A model generated the notes under the pieces. It did no database searches. It saw only the letters and a list, made by a program, of their open reading frames with translations, and was not told the DNA's origin. Positions 25,856 through 35,950 of a stretch of DNA of 64,000 nucleotides are shown here, piece by piece. Location of the stretch: contig OZ253953.1 of NCBI GenBank assembly GCA_965267335.1, positions 3,994,662-4,058,661 on the forward strand, written 5' to 3'. The translations under genes and the position numbers were made by a program. Numbering within the stretch: position 1 is the first letter of the stretch; every line of letters starts with the position of its first letter. The DNA comes from Cytophagales bacterium. GTDB taxonomy: Bacteria; Bacteroidota; Bacteroidia; Cytophagales; JAAEPT01.

Positions 25856-28825
25856 TTAAAACAAATCACTCGGGATATAATCTTTACCCTCAATAACTTT
25901 GCCATCCATTACAAGAACAGACTTCTGAGCAACAGTAAATTTTTTATCTACTTTGTTCAGCTTGGCCCCACTCACCGATATCCGAGCCGGGCCATACTCC
26001 TCTTTCTTCTGGTAGGCCAGGAAACCAATTTTCACATCCGTCAAACTAATATCCCTTACCTTTACTATACTCAAATCTTTGGAAGCAATCCCTAATTTTG
26101 ATTTAAATACCTTCACATTTTCAATATCAAGCATTGATTGCTCACCGGAACTGATCGCTTTGTCACCAGCAGAATACACTCTCACACCTGAAATAGCTAT
26201 TTTACTACCAGAGAAGTCTAACGCATCGTTGCCAAGGTGATGAAATTCTGAATTTTTCACCTCTCCAGTACAGAAGTCACCATCAAAAGCATCAGACTTC
26301 GTGCCCTTGATAGCACAATTCATCATTGAGAAATTACACCGAATCAAATTGAGTGCATCTTCACCATCGGTATCAATAATGTTGACTCCATTCAAAGTAA
26401 TATCGGCTTCATACACCGAAACACAACCGGTCAATATCCACCCCTTGTACTCCAGTGGCTTTAGATTTGCGAAAGTCACATTTTGAAAAGTACATTCTCC
26501 CTGAGGCTGCAAAACTGTAAAACCTCTAGCTGACCTATCACTACTCCTGATACTAACCGGTAAGCCCTGCGTCCCCAAAATTTCGACAGGACCATAGGAA
26601 ATGAATGCCGCCCCGGACGTTATGTCAATTGAAGCACCCGGCCTTATAACAAGCTTTTTATGAGAGGGAATAACCAAATGTTTATCAATTTCAAAGCTTC
26701 CTTTATTAAAAATCACAGCACTATCATCAACTATAACACCTTCTACGGATTCATTTGTTATTTCATAGTTATTCATATCCTGAACTGGTGAATAGTCTAC
26801 AGGTGGGGTGGTTTCAAAAATTTTCGTACTATACTTTTCTCCCTCAACCTCGAAGAATAATCTCTCACCCGATTTTATAAATTTCACTTCTTTCGAATCC
26901 GGTAGACCTGCGCCCTTATATGCCTCTAGCCGAATTTTTTCTCTTAATTTTTGAAGTATCTTTTCATCCCCTGTACCAACAACCTCAACCTCTTGATTAT
27001 GAAAATTCTGAACTACAAGCTGGGTACCTGATGAATCTTTACTGACGGCATAAGCTATCACAGAAATGCTTTCAAGTATTTCGTTAGGCTCTTTATCCAG
27101 ATTAGAAATCTTAGCAAGGGTATTATCTTGTATTTTCGTATAAGAATCATCTAACTGCGACCTTAATTCATTCGCCTTACTGTACACGAAATTCTTGCTG
27201 TACTGATAATTCGGATACTCTCGCTGAAGAATTTTTTCCAGCTTTTCCAGCTGTTGCTGATTTTTATCATAGAAAGCATCTAACCATTCGACAGAGGTAT
27301 ATCGTTTGACATACTTTGAAACCAATGATTTAAATTCAGTATCACTCAGCAAGTTATACAAATACTTTCTACGCTCGGACGCTTCAAGGATAGAGGGCTG
27401 ATTCGCATCTTTCTCACCAATACTCATATAGCCATCAAAGAAAATTGGCTCAAGCTTCCCTATTACCGGATCATAATAAAACCTCTGATTGTGCCATACG
27501 CGACCATGGGTGGCCCGCACCATATCTGAAAGCACATAATATCTGGCCATTTTATCCAGGTTAAATATATCTGCTGGCTTCCGCAGGCCATGCCGGTATT
27601 GATGCATCAAGTTTTTTGCAATCTGAAAATACCCCGCCATGTTCGGGTCTTTTTTTATTTTTTTATCGTTGAAGGCTGTTATTACGGAAGCCATCATGAG
27701 AGGAATATTCGGATAATCCTTTCCATCGTTCTGTAAACGTGCTTCCCAAAGCTCATCCTCATTGAATCTTACCAGAGGCCCTTCTCTTCTACCCTTATAT
27801 TCAATAAGTTGTTTTGTGAAATGCTCTTCCACAGCATAAACCCCAAAAGAGTTTCCATTGATTGACACATTGGCGAAATCATATCTAGGTGTCAGCACAT
27901 CTTCCTGCTCCATCATTTTATGTACAACCCATTCTTCTAAGAAGTGTTTGGTATGTGGCGCCTGAATTGAGAAAACTTCCCATCGGTTGAATAGTTCATT
28001 CCCTTTAGACTTAATTCGCATAGACCATTTTGACTTTTCAAGATGGTCCGGCAAATCCCCTTTTAGCCTCATTTTCACCTCTGCCCTGGCGGAATCAAAA
28101 GTCATTTTTGCAGCGGCCCAATTTCCATCATTGATAATTATACCCGTCTTAAATGCTGCTTTTCTACTCTCCTTTATATCCTGGAAATCGACTGAATCTA
28201 TCTCAAAGTGAAGGTGCGCTAGAGTTGTATCAATTTTATCGTATGTATACAGACTGTCAACATCATATTTTCTGATTGTCAAATCATCGACATATACTAC
28301 ATCGATACTGTCCGGTTTGGCTGTATAAATACGGACTGTAACATCTTCAATATCCCCAGTGATTAAAAATTTCAAACGAACCTGATACCAGTCATCGTTT
28401 TTATTTGATTGACTTGTGCCTTGAATATTATCAAAGGTCCATGAGTCATTCATATAAAACTCATAGCCACCTTGCCCCCCAGCATTAAGCACAGGCTTAC
28501 CATTAGCACCATACACCCAACATGAAGCTTCTATCACATCTCCAGACTTCAATCCTGCCAGTTCAATTCCCATTCCATACAGATGATGCTGATCAAGTTT
28601 GCTTGAAAACTCACCTCGATAGGCCTTTTCTTTGCTCTGAGTATTACCGTTGGCAAAACTCAGTTTTCCGTTTCTGAAAAAATCATCCTTTACTTGCTCA
28701 GCTCCGCAGTAGAGATACTCACTTTGCTTATCTACTGGAAATGAACCATCGGACCTAAAAAGGAGAATATAAACGGCCAATCCTCCAGTTAGCAACACAA
28801 ACAGCCATCCCAGTTTTTTCAGCAT
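25856..28825 (-). CDS. membrane-anchored CotH kinase-family protein with C-terminal parallel beta-helix repeats
   Basis: 989 aa with an N-terminal anchor, LGWLFVLLTGGLAVYILLF. CotH-like core: FSIQAPHTKHFLEEWVVHKMMEQEDVLTPRYDFANVSINGNSFGVYAVEEHFTKQLIE. The C-terminus shows PbH1-like periodicity: NCAIKGTKSDAFDGDF..NSEFHHLGNDALDFSGS..VRVYSAGDKAISSGE. Confidence 0.75.
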   Translation of the reverse strand: MLKKLGWLFVLLTGGLAVYILLFRSDGSFPVDKQSEYLYCGAEQVKDDFFRNGKLSFANGNTQSKEKAYRGEFSSKLDQHHLYGMGIELAGLKSGDVIEASCWVYGANGKPVLNAGGQGGYEFYMNDSWTFDNIQGTSQSNKNDDWYQVRLKFLITGDIEDVTVRIYTAKPDSIDVVYVDDLTIRKYDVDSLYTYDKIDTTLAHLHFEIDSVDFQDIKESRKAAFKTGIIINDGNWAAAKMTFDSARAEVKMRLKGDLPDHLEKSKWSMRIKSKGNELFNRWEVFSIQAPHTKHFLEEWVVHKMMEQEDVLTPRYDFANVSINGNSFGVYAVEEHFTKQLIEYKGRREGPLVRFNEDELWEARLQNDGKDYPNIPLMMASVITAFNDKKIKKDPNMAGYFQIAKNLMHQYRHGLRKPADIFNLDKMARYYVLSDMVRATHGRVWHNQRFYYDPVIGKLEPIFFDGYMSIGEKDANQPSILEASERRKYLYNLLSDTEFKSLVSKYVKRYTSVEWLDAFYDKNQQQLEKLEKILQREYPNYQYSKNFVYSKANELRSQLDDSYTKIQDNTLAKISNLDKEPNEILESISVIAYAVSKDSSGTQLVVQNFHNQEVEVVGTGDEKILQKLREKIRLEAYKGAGLPDSKEVKFIKSGERLFFEVEGEKYSTKIFETTPPVDYSPVQDMNNYEITNESVEGVIVDDSAVIFNKGSFEIDKHLVIPSHKKLVIRPGASIDITSGAAFISYGPVEILGTQGLPVSIRSSDRSARGFTVLQPQGECTFQNVTFANLKPLEYKGWILTGCVSVYEADITLNGVNIIDTDGEDALNLIRCNFSMMNCAIKGTKSDAFDGDFCTGEVKNSEFHHLGNDALDFSGSKIAISGVRVYSAGDKAISSGEQSMLDIENVKVFKSKLGIASKDLSIVKVRDISLTDVKIGFLAYQKKEEYGPARISVSGAKLNKVDKKFTVAQKSVLVMDGKVIEGKDYIPSDLF

Positions 28826-28828
28826 AGA

Positions 28829-30133
28829 TTAATTGTTTGCAATAAGAAATTCTTTGAACTCACTGAACTCGGAGGACAACTTTGTCGAGGATTTTTCTTT
28901 GTTGACAATATCCTTCAGCCTTTGAGGCATCTCAACGCCCTGTCCTATTTCTTTTTCCACGGTTTCAGGGAACTTTGATGGATGTGCGGTGGAAAGAAAG
29001 ACTCCGGTTAGTTCCTCAGACTGTTGTTTCATATAATCTTGCAATCCCATCCAGGCTACTGCAGTATGCGGACACATGATATATCCTGTTTCATTGAATA
29101 CTTTCCCAATGGTCTTTTTGGTCTGTTCATCATTGTAGGCATAGCCTTCAATTTTCGCATTCGCCTCTTCATAACTTTCGTTATGCAAAGCCAAAACACG
29201 AGGAAAGTTACTTGGGTTTCCTACATCCATCGCATTAGAAAGTGTCGCAATAGAAGGCCTTGGATTAAATTTAGCTGTTTTAAGATACTCGGGAACTACA
29301 TCATTCACATTAGTGGAGGCAATAAATTTAGATACTGGCATTCCCATATTTCTTGCTATAAGCCCACCACACAGGTTACCAAAGTTACCGCTCGGTACAG
29401 AAAATACTATTGGTTTTCCAACTTCCTTAAGTCGGGCATAGGCATTGAAATAATAAAAAGATTGAGGTATCAAACGCGCAATGTTAATCGAGTTTGCAGA
29501 ACTCAGGTTCATTTTGTCTCCGAGTTCTTTATCTAGAAAAGCTGTCTTTACCAATCGCTGACAGTCATCAAAAACTCCATCAATTTCCAGGGCTGTTATA
29601 TTCTGCCCTAGAGTTGTTAATTGTTTTTCCTGATTTAGACTTACTTTTCCGCTTGGGTAGAGTATAGTTACTTTAATACCTGGTGCCCCCAGAAATCCCT
29701 GAGCAACGGCACTACCGGTATCTCCCGAAGTAGCCACGAGAATGTTAATTTCTTTCTCCTCTCTCTGTAAAAAGTATGACATTACTCTTGACATAAAGCG
29801 AGCTCCAAAATCCTTAAAAGCTAAAGAAGGTCCGTGAAACAACTCTAATACAAATTGGTCATCATATACCTTAACCAGTGGAGCATCAAAGTTCACCGCC
29901 TCATCAATAATATCTCTTAGATCGGTCTCTGGAATTTCATCTCCTATCAGTTTATTGGAGACTTCAAACGCAATCTCCTGAAGTGACAAATTTTGAATAT
30001 TATCAAAAAAGCCTTGTCCCATTTCAGGAATCTCTGTTGGCATATATAAGCCATTATCTGAAGGCAGTCCTTTGAAAACCGCTTCTCTAAAATTCACATT
30101 ATCAACCTGCCTGTTGGTACTATATAATTCCAC
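28829..30133 (-). CDS. thrC: threonine synthase
   Basis: 434 aa. The PLD-lysine motif is GPSLAFKDFGARF, and GNFGN is also present. Confidence 0.95.
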   Translation of the reverse strand: MELYSTNRQVDNVNFREAVFKGLPSDNGLYMPTEIPEMGQGFFDNIQNLSLQEIAFEVSNKLIGDEIPETDLRDIIDEAVNFDAPLVKVYDDQFVLELFHGPSLAFKDFGARFMSRVMSYFLQREEKEINILVATSGDTGSAVAQGFLGAPGIKVTILYPSGKVSLNQEKQLTTLGQNITALEIDGVFDDCQRLVKTAFLDKELGDKMNLSSANSINIARLIPQSFYYFNAYARLKEVGKPIVFSVPSGNFGNLCGGLIARNMGMPVSKFIASTNVNDVVPEYLKTAKFNPRPSIATLSNAMDVGNPSNFPRVLALHNESYEEANAKIEGYAYNDEQTKKTIGKVFNETGYIMCPHTAVAWMGLQDYMKQQSEELTGVFLSTAHPSKFPETVEKEIGQGVEMPQRLKDIVNKEKSSTKLSSEFSEFKEFLIANN

Positions 30134-30144
30134 TTCTAATAATT

Positions 30145-31077
30145 TTAATCCACCACTCTGGGACCTACTTGACTAACTTTTGAAACATAAATCTCATTCT
30201 CAATATTTAGCTCGTCATAAACTTCAGCAAAGGCCTTACCTATTTTCTGTGCTATTTTTTCATCATCACAAAGAGCAAAAATTGATGGTCCAGAACCTGA
30301 AATACTACACCCTAATGCGCCATTCTCCAATGCTGCCTGCTTGGCCTTATCAAACCCCGGAATCAACAATGACCGAATCGGCTCGACAACTACGTCCTCC
30401 AATGAGCGACCAATTAAAGCGTAATCAGACTGAATTAAGCCCGCAACGAGTCCTGCTACATTTCCCCACTGAGTTACCGCATCTTTAAGTTTAATGTTCT
30501 GCTTTAGAATGTTTCTAGCATCCTTTGTTTTAACCTCAATTTGAGGATGGACAATTGTGCACCATAATTTTTCTGGAGTAGGTAACTGAATCACATCAAG
30601 GGGTGAATAACTCCGCACCAACACAAACCCACCTAACAATGCTGGCGCTACATTATCTGCATGAGCAGAACCACAAGCCAACTCCTCTCCTTTCATTGCG
30701 AAAGGAAGCAAATCCTTATCAGACATGGGTTGTCCCATCAGTTGGTTAAGGGCCCATACTCCCACAACACTACTGGCAGCACTAGAACCCAACCCACTCT
30801 TTAGTGGCATCTTCTTCTTGAGCTCTATTTCTACCCCCTGATTAGAGTCCAATGCCTTGAGGTACTCATTAATAACCAGACTTACAGTGTTTTTTTCGGT
30901 ATCAAGAGGCAGTTTACCTTCATCACCTTCTATTGATTTGATCACTACGCCTGGTTCATCTTTCAGGGTAATCGTCACTTCATCACCAGGATTCTCAACC
31001 GCGAAACCGAGCACATCAAAACCGCAGGCTACATTGGCTACCGTGGCAGGAGCAAATACTTTAATACGCTTTCCCAT
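30145..31077 (-). CDS. thrB: homoserine kinase
   Basis: 310 aa with the GHMP motif PLKSGLGSSAASSV. Confidence 0.95.
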   Translation of the reverse strand: MGKRIKVFAPATVANVACGFDVLGFAVENPGDEVTITLKDEPGVVIKSIEGDEGKLPLDTEKNTVSLVINEYLKALDSNQGVEIELKKKMPLKSGLGSSAASSVVGVWALNQLMGQPMSDKDLLPFAMKGEELACGSAHADNVAPALLGGFVLVRSYSPLDVIQLPTPEKLWCTIVHPQIEVKTKDARNILKQNIKLKDAVTQWGNVAGLVAGLIQSDYALIGRSLEDVVVEPIRSLLIPGFDKAKQAALENGALGCSISGSGPSIFALCDDEKIAQKIGKAFAEVYDELNIENEIYVSKVSQVGPRVVD

Positions 31078-33527
31078 TATTCGTTACTGATTCTGATGAT
31101 GTCCGCAAAAACCCCTGCCGCAGTTACTTCCGCACCAGCTCCCGGACCTTTGATAACTAAAGGATTGGATTTGTAGCGCTTTGTAGTGTAAGATATCATA
31201 TTGTCACTTCCTGCCATTGAGTAGAAAGGATGATCTGCACCTACAGATTTGAGTCCGACCGTCACTTTTCCATCTCTCAGCGTAGCGATAAACCGAAGCT
31301 TCTCATTATTAGCTAAGGCTTTATCTGACATTTCTTTAAAAGAAGCATCTGCTTTCTCCAGTTCTTCCAGAAACTCCTCTACCGACCCTGCATTGATACA
31401 ACTGTCTGGAAGTATATTTTCGACTTTCACATCTTCTGGCTCCAACTCCAGGCCTGACTCTCTTGAGAGTATTAGTATTTTCCTGGCCACATCCATACCA
31501 TTCAGGTCGTCCCGGGGATCTGGCTCGGTAAAACCACTTTCTTTTGCCTGTTGAACAATTTCTTTAAAGGTCGTTGAACCATCATAGGTGTTAAATATGA
31601 ACGAAAGGGAACCAGAGAGAACACCTTCTATTGAGATGATTTCGTCCCCGCTACTAATCAGGTCTTGGAGAGTATTAATAACCGGAAGGCCTGCCCCTAC
31701 ATTTGTCTCATATAAAAATTGTACACTTCTTCTGAAAGCTGCCTCTTTCAGTGCTTTGTAATGTGCCAGCGGCCCCGAATTAGCTACTTTATTAGGAGTA
31801 ACGATATTCACACTGGAGTCGAGCAGTCCTTCATACACTCTGACAATATCTTTATTTGCCGTGTTGTCAACAAAAACACTATTGGGCAAATTCAATTCTT
31901 TAATTTTCTTAACAAAGCCATCAAGGTCTGCGGATTCGCCAGAGTCCAGGTCAGACTTCCAGTCATTAAGATTGATCCCATCTTCATTGAAGACCATTTT
32001 CTTGCTATTAGCCAAACCAACCACGTTGATTCGAATCCCCCGGTGGTCCAATAGATATTGCCCCTGTTCATTAATTTGTTGTAGCAAAGTAGCTCCAATC
32101 AATCCCGGACCTACCATAAAGATATTAAGTGTCTTGGCACCAGAAAGGAATAACTCATCGTGAAGAGCGTTCAGAGCCTTAGATATGTCGCTATTGGAAA
32201 TGACCGCTGAAATGTTTAGCTCCGATGATCCCTGAGCGATAGCGACTACATTGATACCATTTTTACCCAGGGCATTAAATAGTTTAGCCGAAATGCCCGG
32301 AGTACTTTTCATGTTTTCACCTATCAGTGCTACAACTGAAAGATTCTCCTGAACTTTTACCTTATCAATTTTCTTAGCTTCTATTTCATAGTGAAACTCA
32401 TCTTCTATTGCTTTTCTCGCTCTTTTGGTTTCGGATGGATCGATCGCCAAACAGATGGAGTGCTCTGATGAGGCCTGAGTAATCAAAATAATATTGACCC
32501 GTGCATTGGCCAAGGCTCCGAATAGTCGTGCTGAAACACCAGGCACACCCACCATTCCGCTGCCCTGAACATTGAGTAAGGTAATATCATTTATAGAAGA
32601 AATACCTTTTACTCTGTGTTTATGTGGATCTCCACTCTTTGAACTGATGTAGGTACCCTCAAAACTCGGGTTGAATGTGTTTTTGATTCTTATAGGAATC
32701 TTCTTCGTGAATACAGGCTGTAGCGTAGGAGGATAAATTACTTTGGCTCCAAAGTGCGACAATTCCATAGCCTCATTGTACGATATGGCCGGAAGCGTAA
32801 GTGCACCTTTAACTCTTCGGGGATCCGCAGTCATGACTCCATCTACATCGGTCCATATTTCTACAACCTCTGCATCTAGTGCAGCAGCAAAAACTGAGGC
32901 GGTATAATCTGACCCTCCCCTACCCAGGGTAGTGGTTTCTCCTGATTCGTTGGCACTGACAAAACCTGTGACACACAAAGTATCATCAGTTTTTTCAAAT
33001 GCTTCTTTAATATTTTTATTGGTTACCTCGAAGTTAATCCTAGCAGAACCAAAGTTGCTATCTGTTAAAATTACTTTTCTTGCATCCAAATATTGAGCTG
33101 GCAGCCCCCTTTGTGTTGCCGCTTCGGAGATAATGTAAGCATTAAGTCTTTCCCCATGACTTTGTATATGGTCAAGCGTTTTTAACGACAATTCCCGGAC
33201 CAGAAACACTCCCTGAAGTAAATCTTCCAGTTCGTTAATCTTTCTTTTAATGTTAGCAAACACTGTGCTCTGTCCTTTGACATTTACCAATTTACGAACA
33301 GCATCTACATGCGCTTGCTCAAAGTCCTTTAGGTCAATTTGATAGCTTTCATCACCAGCGGCAGCCTTTACACTCATAGCAATCAACCTGTTTGTCATTT
33401 GCGACATGGCAGAAAATACAACAACCAATCGCTCACCATTTGCTTTGTAATCCAATAGTATCTGGATTACTTTTTCAATGTTTTCTGCGTTCCCTACTGA
33501 TGTTCCCCCGAATTTTAAAACCTTCAT
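31077..33527 (-). CDS. thrA: bifunctional aspartokinase / homoserine dehydrogenase I
   Basis: 816 aa. It has MKVLKFGGTSVG, LGRGGSDYTA and ACT repeats, followed by the homoserine dehydrogenase half. Confidence 0.95.
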   Translation of the reverse strand: MKVLKFGGTSVGNAENIEKVIQILLDYKANGERLVVVFSAMSQMTNRLIAMSVKAAAGDESYQIDLKDFEQAHVDAVRKLVNVKGQSTVFANIKRKINELEDLLQGVFLVRELSLKTLDHIQSHGERLNAYIISEAATQRGLPAQYLDARKVILTDSNFGSARINFEVTNKNIKEAFEKTDDTLCVTGFVSANESGETTTLGRGGSDYTASVFAAALDAEVVEIWTDVDGVMTADPRRVKGALTLPAISYNEAMELSHFGAKVIYPPTLQPVFTKKIPIRIKNTFNPSFEGTYISSKSGDPHKHRVKGISSINDITLLNVQGSGMVGVPGVSARLFGALANARVNIILITQASSEHSICLAIDPSETKRARKAIEDEFHYEIEAKKIDKVKVQENLSVVALIGENMKSTPGISAKLFNALGKNGINVVAIAQGSSELNISAVISNSDISKALNALHDELFLSGAKTLNIFMVGPGLIGATLLQQINEQGQYLLDHRGIRINVVGLANSKKMVFNEDGINLNDWKSDLDSGESADLDGFVKKIKELNLPNSVFVDNTANKDIVRVYEGLLDSSVNIVTPNKVANSGPLAHYKALKEAAFRRSVQFLYETNVGAGLPVINTLQDLISSGDEIISIEGVLSGSLSFIFNTYDGSTTFKEIVQQAKESGFTEPDPRDDLNGMDVARKILILSRESGLELEPEDVKVENILPDSCINAGSVEEFLEELEKADASFKEMSDKALANNEKLRFIATLRDGKVTVGLKSVGADHPFYSMAGSDNMISYTTKRYKSNPLVIKGPGAGAEVTAAGVFADIIRISNE

Positions 33528-33613
33528 TTACCCGATAGTGTGTTTTTTATCAATCTGGCAAATATCGAAATTGAAGGCACATTTTCATAAAGTTTAGGGC
33601 ATTCTTTTTACCT

Positions 33614-34279
33614 TTGACAAAATCACAATTTGCTAACAATCAAATGGATTTCAGCTTCGAAAGTAATGGCAAAAACTACGAGTTACACCTTGGTATAACA
33701 GAAGACAAAAAGAATATCGAAGCAACATTGAATGGCTCACCCATATCCTGGGATAACCAAAGTCCTGACCTGGATGGCCCGCGTTTTTACACAATAAGCC
33801 CTGAAGAAAAATTACGAATTCAGTACTATCGTGGCAAGTGGTATGTTACGCTGAATGATAAACCACTCAAAAAATCTGCCACCGTTTTTAAGACCAGACT
33901 TAAAAGGCTTTCGGAATTCATTTATATTATCGCCATTCTTCAGCTCATCCTGGGGCTTGTAGCTGTATTTCTAGATTCCAAACCCGAAACAATAACGATT
34001 GCTATTGTAGGGCTGGTCATACTTGCATTAGCTTATCAAACCTCACAAGCCAAACGGACTCCTCTGCTTATCCTGATTGGTATAATCATTTTTGATCTGA
34101 TCTTCACCTGCAAGACGATGTATGATTATTACAACATAGCCTATTCACAACCGAGCATTCCCTTTTTTGTCCCCTGCATGAGGGTATTGATTGAGATTTA
34201 TTATTTGATCATTCTGGTTCCCGGGATCAAAATCGTGCAGGGTGTACGTAAAGAGATGGAGGCTGAAAAACTGCATTAA
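33614..34279 (+). CDS. membrane protein of unknown function
   Basis: 221-aa ORF with a TTG start (an alternative ATG is at 33644). A soluble N-terminal half is followed by 3-4 hydrophobic helices. Confidence 0.45.
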   Translation: MTKSQFANNQMDFSFESNGKNYELHLGITEDKKNIEATLNGSPISWDNQSPDLDGPRFYTISPEEKLRIQYYRGKWYVTLNDKPLKKSATVFKTRLKRLSEFIYIIAILQLILGLVAVFLDSKPETITIAIVGLVILALAYQTSQAKRTPLLILIGIIIFDLIFTCKTMYDYYNIAYSQPSIPFFVPCMRVLIEIYYLIILVPGIKIVQGVRKEMEAEKLH

Positions 34280-34558
34280 AGATGTAAGCGATGCGCACAA
34301 CTCTATTATCGCCTTGAATCATAGTCAAAATTTTCACAATACACGCTTCTATATCTTTCTTTGTCATACAATATCATTACAGAATACTAAAAACAAAGTA
34401 TGTTAATTCTTGATAGCTAATCTTTAGAAGTTTAAGCAATCCCCATTTAGGGGGTTGGGATTTCCGTGCACAACAGAAATCAAACCTCTCTTTTTTTTAT
34501 AGAAATGAATTAGCTATACTTCGGAGATTTTTCAGATCATAGTAAATGAGTCCAGGGT

Positions 34559-35947
34559 ATGCTCTTTAATTCAGTTGAATTTTCTTTTTTTCTGCCAATT
34601 GTATTTTTCTTCTACTGGATAGTAGCGAAGGGAAACTTAAAGCTCCAAAACCTTATTCTACTATGTTCTAGCTACTTTTTTTATGGCTGGTGGGATTGGA
34701 GGTTTTTATTTCTAATGTTCTTTAGTTCTATTGTTGACTACACCATTGGTCTGAAACTGGAAAACACCGAATCTCAAAAAAAGAGAAGGTTTCTATTGTA
34801 TGCCAGTATTTTTGTCAACATAGGCTTACTTGGTTTTTTCAAGTACTACAACTTTTTCATAGAGAGCTTTCAGAACGCTTTTCAGCTTTTTGGATCATCC
34901 TTTGATGCATCCCCACTTGACATTGTATTGCCTGTTGGTATTAGTTTCTACACTTTCCAGACAATGAGCTATACTATTGATATCTACAATAAAAAACTCG
35001 TCCCCACCCGTGATCCCATTAATTTTTTCGTTTACGTAAGTTTCTTCCCTCAGTTAGTGGCAGGACCAATCGAGCGAGCGAGCAATTTGATTCCACAGTT
35101 CTCAAAGGAAAAGTCTTTTGATAATAGTGCCGCTATCTCCGGATTCAACCAAATTATTTGGGGCTTGTTCAAAAAAATTGTGATTGCAGACTCTCTGGCC
35201 CCGGTGGTTGATAATATCTTCGACAACTTTGAGGCCCTACCCGGAGGAACTTTATTTCTCGGTTGTTTCTTTTTTGCCATTCAAATTTATTGTGACTTCA
35301 GTGGATACTCTGATGTAGCAATCGGTACTGCGAAATTGTTCGGCATCAACTTAATGACGAATTTCAAATTTCCTTATTTCGCCCGAAACATAGGAGAATT
35401 CTGGAGGAGATGGCACATTTCGCTCTCAACCTGGTTCAGAGACTATATCTACATCCCACTGGGTGGATCACAGACTACAAAAATTGTCGCATTAAGAAAC
35501 ATTTTCATAATCTTCCTGGTGAGTGGTTTTTGGCATGGAGCAAATGCCACTTTCATCGTTTGGGGACTAGCTCATGCGTTACTATTTGTTCCTTCTTTCG
35601 TTTTTGGTACAAATAGGAAATACCAAGTTGAAAAATCCTTCAGAGTCATTCATGTGCCCCAGATCATGATTACTTTTCTTTTAGTCTGTCTGACCTGGGT
35701 ATTTTTCCGAGCGGAAACAATTACAGATTCATTGAACTACTTCAACAGAATGTTCAGCGAACCCTCTTTGCCATTGGACTATAAGTTTCAAACCATGATT
35801 TGTATAATATTTATCATCATGGATTACATGAAAATGAATTTTAAGATTGGAAACCAGCAGCTCGCAGGTGTCATCCATTTTATTCTTTTCATACTGACAT
35901 TGTATAATTTTAAAGAAGCAGCCTCATTCATTTACTTCCAGTTTTAA
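34559..35947 (+). CDS. MBOAT-family O-acyltransferase (AlgI/DltB-like)
   Basis: 462 aa and multi-pass. Motifs: FYTFQTMSYTIDIY, FSGYSDVAIG, FWRRWHISLSTWFRDYIYIPLGGS, SGFWHG. Confidence 0.9.
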   Translation: MLFNSVEFSFFLPIVFFFYWIVAKGNLKLQNLILLCSSYFFYGWWDWRFLFLMFFSSIVDYTIGLKLENTESQKKRRFLLYASIFVNIGLLGFFKYYNFFIESFQNAFQLFGSSFDASPLDIVLPVGISFYTFQTMSYTIDIYNKKLVPTRDPINFFVYVSFFPQLVAGPIERASNLIPQFSKEKSFDNSAAISGFNQIIWGLFKKIVIADSLAPVVDNIFDNFEALPGGTLFLGCFFFAIQIYCDFSGYSDVAIGTAKLFGINLMTNFKFPYFARNIGEFWRRWHISLSTWFRDYIYIPLGGSQTTKIVALRNIFIIFLVSGFWHGANATFIVWGLAHALLFVPSFVFGTNRKYQVEKSFRVIHVPQIMITFLLVCLTWVFFRAETITDSLNYFNRMFSEPSLPLDYKFQTMICIIFIIMDYMKMNFKIGNQQLAGVIHFILFILTLYNFKEAASFIYFQF

Positions 35948-35950
35948 AGA

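Noticed and set aside
29024-32163. Plus-strand ORFs within thrC, thrB and thrA (for example 29024..29536 at 170 aa, and 31719..32054)
   Set aside because: They are antisense to genes with unambiguous enzyme motifs.
33528-33613. Possible thr leader or attenuator upstream of thrA
   Set aside because: I could find no Thr/Ile-rich leader peptide and no terminator/antiterminator hairpin in the 86-nt upstream region.
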